The notes under the pieces were generated by a model. The model was not told the DNA's origin and did not search any database. It worked only from the letters and a program-made list of their open reading frames with translations. From an uncultured Gammaproteobacteria bacterium (GTDB taxonomy: Bacteria; Patescibacteriota; Microgenomatia; Levybacterales; UBA12049), in the NCBI GenBank assembly GCA_964598355.1, contig CAZRBN010000003.1:1-40512 (forward strand): DNA of 40,512 nucleotides. Reading direction: 5' to 3'. This document shows positions 37,643-40,512 of the stretch, piece by piece. Position 1 is the first letter of the stretch. Each line of letters opens with the position of its first letter. The position numbers and the translations under genes were made by a program.

Positions 37643-37643
37643 T

Positions 37644-39218
37644 ATGAAAGATAAAATACAATCATTTTTTTTATTTAAAAATAGTTCTTCTTTGCTTCTT
37701 TTTTGTATCGCGTTATCTCTTGCTGTAGTAAGCACTATTTTCTTCTTTATTCATGGTGATATTTTATCTTATGGAGATGCTGAATCACACATTAATATTG
37801 CGAAAAGAGTTGTAGACAGTCTTACACCAGGGCTTGCGCAATTGGGAGGGATTTGGCTTCCTCTTCCGCATGTTATGATGCTACCGTTTGTCTATTTTAA
37901 TATTTTCTGGAGAACTGGACTTGCTGGATCTATTGTAGGAGGCTTTTGTTTTATTATCGCAGCGATTTATTTATACAAGCTTTCATTTTTAGTACTTAAA
38001 AATAGCACTGCTGCATGGGTGACTTTTTTTATTTTCGTATTAAATCCAAATGTTTTATACCTTCAATCTACTCCAATGAGTGAATTACCTCTCATTGCTT
38101 TTTTTGTTTTATCAATATACTACTTTATGCAATTTATCCAAAATGATAAAAAAATACTCTCACTTATTCTTGCAGCTTTTTTTGGATTTTGCGCAACACT
38201 TTCAAGATATGACGGTTGGTTTTTGGTCGGATTTGAAGCAATTTCCCTCAGCATCTATTATTTCCCTAAAAAAACTTTTAAACAGTGGGAAGGAAAAACT
38301 GTTTTATTTGCAACTCTTGCATTTTTCGGTATTGTACTTTGGCTTTTGTGGGATTTTTTAATTCTTGGTGATCCATTTTATTTCAGTAACAGTCCCTTTT
38401 CTGCAAAATCTCAACAGCAAGGATGGTTAGCAAGAGGCGAACTTCCAACGTATAAAAATATGTTCCTCTCTTTTGTTTACTACTTTGTGACCTCTATGCA
38501 TAATATTGGACCCTTCATTTTTATACCAGTAGTACTTACTTGCTTCATTTTCTTTTTTCAAAAGAAAATTAGTAATAAACTTATTGTATTTCTTCTTCTT
38601 TTTGTACCATTTATTTTTTATCTGCTCACATTATTTTCTGGACAATCAGTTATTTTTATTCCTGATCTTACCCCTTCTACATTTCAATGGAGACTTTTTA
38701 ATGTACGCTACGGGATTATGATGCTTCCTTTTGCAGCATTTTTCTTTGGGTTTTTATTTTCAAAAAAAAATAAACTGCTGCAAGGCATTCTTATCCTTTG
38801 CCTTATCACCCAATCTCTTTTTTTTATAACAGGTAGAGAGCCAATTATCTCCTTAGCGGATGGCACTGTGGGATTATCTTCTGCAAAAAGAGTTGATGCT
38901 ACATCTTGGATGCAAAAGCACTATGATACTGGATTAGTCCTTTTAGACGATTATGCTCGAACAATGAGTGTTATTAAAAGTGGACTTCCGATTGAAAAAG
39001 TAATTTATATTGGTAATAAGCCATATTGGGAAGAATCGCTCAAAGAACCCGAAAAATATGCGACATGGATAATACTACAAAAAGGTGATGCAGTGTGGAC
39101 AACAGTATACGAAAATCCTACTCAACGAGGAAGATTATTTAAATACTTTCAAAAAGCATATACTTCACCTGAAATTCTAATATTTAAGAGAAACCAGACT
39201 GTTGTGGCACAAAGGTAA
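37644..39218 (+). CDS. ArnT/PMT-like GT-C glycosyltransferase
   Basis: YGDAESHINIAKR..DS.TPG.AQLGG.WLPLPH, NPN.LYLQSTPMSE, RYDGW; multi-TM. Start trimmed to ATG 37644, just after the upstream stop. Confidence 0.78.
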   Translation: MKDKIQSFFLFKNSSSLLLFCIALSLAVVSTIFFFIHGDILSYGDAESHINIAKRVVDSLTPGLAQLGGIWLPLPHVMMLPFVYFNIFWRTGLAGSIVGGFCFIIAAIYLYKLSFLVLKNSTAAWVTFFIFVLNPNVLYLQSTPMSELPLIAFFVLSIYYFMQFIQNDKKILSLILAAFFGFCATLSRYDGWFLVGFEAISLSIYYFPKKTFKQWEGKTVLFATLAFFGIVLWLLWDFLILGDPFYFSNSPFSAKSQQQGWLARGELPTYKNMFLSFVYYFVTSMHNIGPFIFIPVVLTCFIFFFQKKISNKLIVFLLLFVPFIFYLLTLFSGQSVIFIPDLTPSTFQWRLFNVRYGIMMLPFAAFFFGFLFSKKNKLLQGILILCLITQSLFFITGREPIISLADGTVGLSSAKRVDATSWMQKHYDTGLVLLDDYARTMSVIKSGLPIEKVIYIGNKPYWEESLKEPEKYATWIILQKGDAVWTTVYENPTQRGRLFKYFQKAYTSPEILIFKRNQTVVAQR

Positions 39219-39227
39219 AAACCATAC

Positions 39228-39258
39228 ATAAACCACGTACAAATTGCACGTGGTTTAT
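39228..39258. terminator. Probable bidirectional terminator hairpin
   Basis: ATAAACCACGT-acaaattgc-ACGTGGTTTAT between convergent genes. Confidence 0.7.
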
Positions 39259-39275
39259 TCTTCTCTATTTCTCTT

Positions 39276-39698
39276 TTAATGAGAATCATTTGTGTGAACA
39301 CAATAGTTATCTCCGTTTGGGAAATAACTACCCCATGTATCACCAGTTGGTGGTTGTTTTGGATTGGCTACAAATGTCCAACCACTTGGGCAAGACGTAT
39401 TACTCCCTATATCTCTCCAAACAGAATGATCTCCATGAGCCCCAGCTTGTGATTCTGTTGTTGATGAGCCTTGAAACCATTGCTGAAAATTGTTACTATT
39501 CCCTGCTTTCATAACAACATCACTTCCCACATGGTTAAAATCTGTCACGCCATTACCTTCAATTACGGTATGTTGTCCACTTGGGAAATTTGCAACAATA
39601 TTAGGATTATTAGCTGCATTATTAGGTGCTGCAAATGCCGGAGTAACTACAAACACCATCAAAAATACTAAAACACAAGTTCCAAAAATTTTTTTCAT
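39276..39698 (-). CDS. Secreted protein of unknown function (140 aa)
   Basis: Signal peptide MKKIFG...TPAFA; strong SD AAGGGGGTG upstream of ATG 39698; Asn/Gly/Ser-rich mature part with two Cys. Confidence 0.78.
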   Translation of the reverse strand: MKKIFGTCVLVFLMVFVVTPAFAAPNNAANNPNIVANFPSGQHTVIEGNGVTDFNHVGSDVVMKAGNSNNFQQWFQGSSTTESQAGAHGDHSVWRDIGSNTSCPSGWTFVANPKQPPTGDTWGSYFPNGDNYCVHTNDSH

Positions 39699-39875
39699 AT
39701 ATTTCACCCCCTTTTCGCCCAACATAGTACTTTCTGTCAAAAGAAATTCTATTCAAAAACGAGTAATAAATGGGCAAGAGGCAGCAGGGTAGGTTATCTT
39801 TCTCAACTATTACAGACTCTTACTTTTAGTCTTAAACAAACTAACTAGAGTAAAAGTAGAGAGGAGGTGTCTTGT

Positions 39876-40034
39876 ATGGTTAGATTATCATTTATACTAT
39901 TAAGTGTTTTTGTTTTTGCATTACTTCTTATTCAGGGGGCTAGGGCACAGACAGCAACACCTATGACTAGTACTAGTCCAACACCAGCCAGAACTGTTCC
40001 CAGCGGTGCTCCTTCCACAGGATTTGGAGAGTAA
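39876..40034 (+). CDS. 52-aa secreted Thr/Ser/Pro-rich peptide with C-terminal APSTG motif
   Basis: SD AGGAGGTG at 39862-69; MVRLSFILLSVFVFALLLIQGARA-QTATPMTSTSPTPARTVPSGAPSTGFGE*. Below the ORF-track length cutoff. Confidence 0.8.
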   Translation: MVRLSFILLSVFVFALLLIQGARAQTATPMTSTSPTPARTVPSGAPSTGFGE

Positions 40035-40048
40035 AAAATTTGCTTTAT

Positions 40049-40090
40049 GGGGGAGAATATAGTAGAGTATTTACTCTACTATTCTCTCCT
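40049..40090 (+). terminator. Strong stem-loop between the peptide and sortase genes
   Basis: GGGGGAGAAT(AT)AGTAGAGTA-TT-TACTCTACTATTCTCTCCT, followed by GTTTCATT. Confidence 0.65.
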
Positions 40091-40098
40091 GTTTCATT

Positions 40099-40512
40099 AT
40101 GAAAAAATGGATTATTGCAATTATTTGTTTTCTTTCTGTTCTTGCTAGTTCTCTTTTTTATTATCAATCTCAAATATCTTCTCCTCCACCAATTGTACAA
40201 CCACAACCAACAGTAGGCATTCCAAAAAATATTAGTATCCCTTCATTAAAAGTGAGTGCAACAATAGAGCCTGTGGGACTCGACGAGAAAAATCGTATGG
40301 ATATACCGAAGGATTTTAATAATGTTGCTTGGTATAATTTAGGATTTCGTCCAGGAGAAAAAGGTAGTGCTGTTATTGATGGTCATGTTGATACCCCAAT
40401 GGGTACACCTGCAGTCTTTGCGAACATTACTAATCTGCAAAAAGGAAGTCTTATCACTATACAAGATTCTGACAATCACTCATACACCTTTACTGTCACT
40501 AAAATTGTTAAC
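40099..40512 (+). CDS. Class F sortase (partial, runs off the right edge)
   Basis: Not in the ORF track. N-terminal TM, then P..ISIPSLKVSATIEPVGLD...MDIP...VAWY..G.RPGEKGSAVIDGHVD...AVF..I..L.KG..I. The catalytic His is present; the Cys motif would lie beyond the window. Confidence 0.9.
   Translation, partial: MKKWIIAIICFLSVLASSLFYYQSQISSPPPIVQPQPTVGIPKNISIPSLKVSATIEPVGLDEKNRMDIPKDFNNVAWYNLGFRPGEKGSAVIDGHVDTPMGTPAVFANITNLQKGSLITIQDSDNHSYTFTVTKIVN

Overview
AT-rich bacterial genomic DNA. Gene content (DUF5652, many YfhO/ArnT-like GT-C proteins, mostly no Shine-Dalgarno sites) suggests Patescibacteria/CPR, probably Microgenomates; this is inference. Bases 1-22.3 kb form a minus-strand cell-surface glycosylation cluster: nine GT-C-type membrane proteins, two polyprenol-phosphate glycosyltransferases, three other GT2s, a GT4 and a Wzx-like flippase. 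Next come tRNA-Glu(CTC), a degenerate tRNA-like/att-like remnant, a Fic-HTH_17 fusion with a 10-bp-periodic repeat over its promoter, a DoxX-like protein, a GNAT, a methyltransferase, a Gly/Ser-rich surface protein, a glycogen-debranching-like enzyme, CIRCE-preceded lon, an MgtE cytoplasmic-domain plus NRAMP-like transporter pair, a pterin-4a-carbinolamine dehydratase, and a double-GT2 plus GT-C pair. The most striking feature is at the right end and is missing from the ORF track. A 52-aa secreted Thr/Ser/Pro-rich peptide ends in PSGAPSTGFGE, a sortase-type motif with no transmembrane anchor, and lies directly upstream of a class F sortase. All calls come from reading motifs by eye; no database searches were run.
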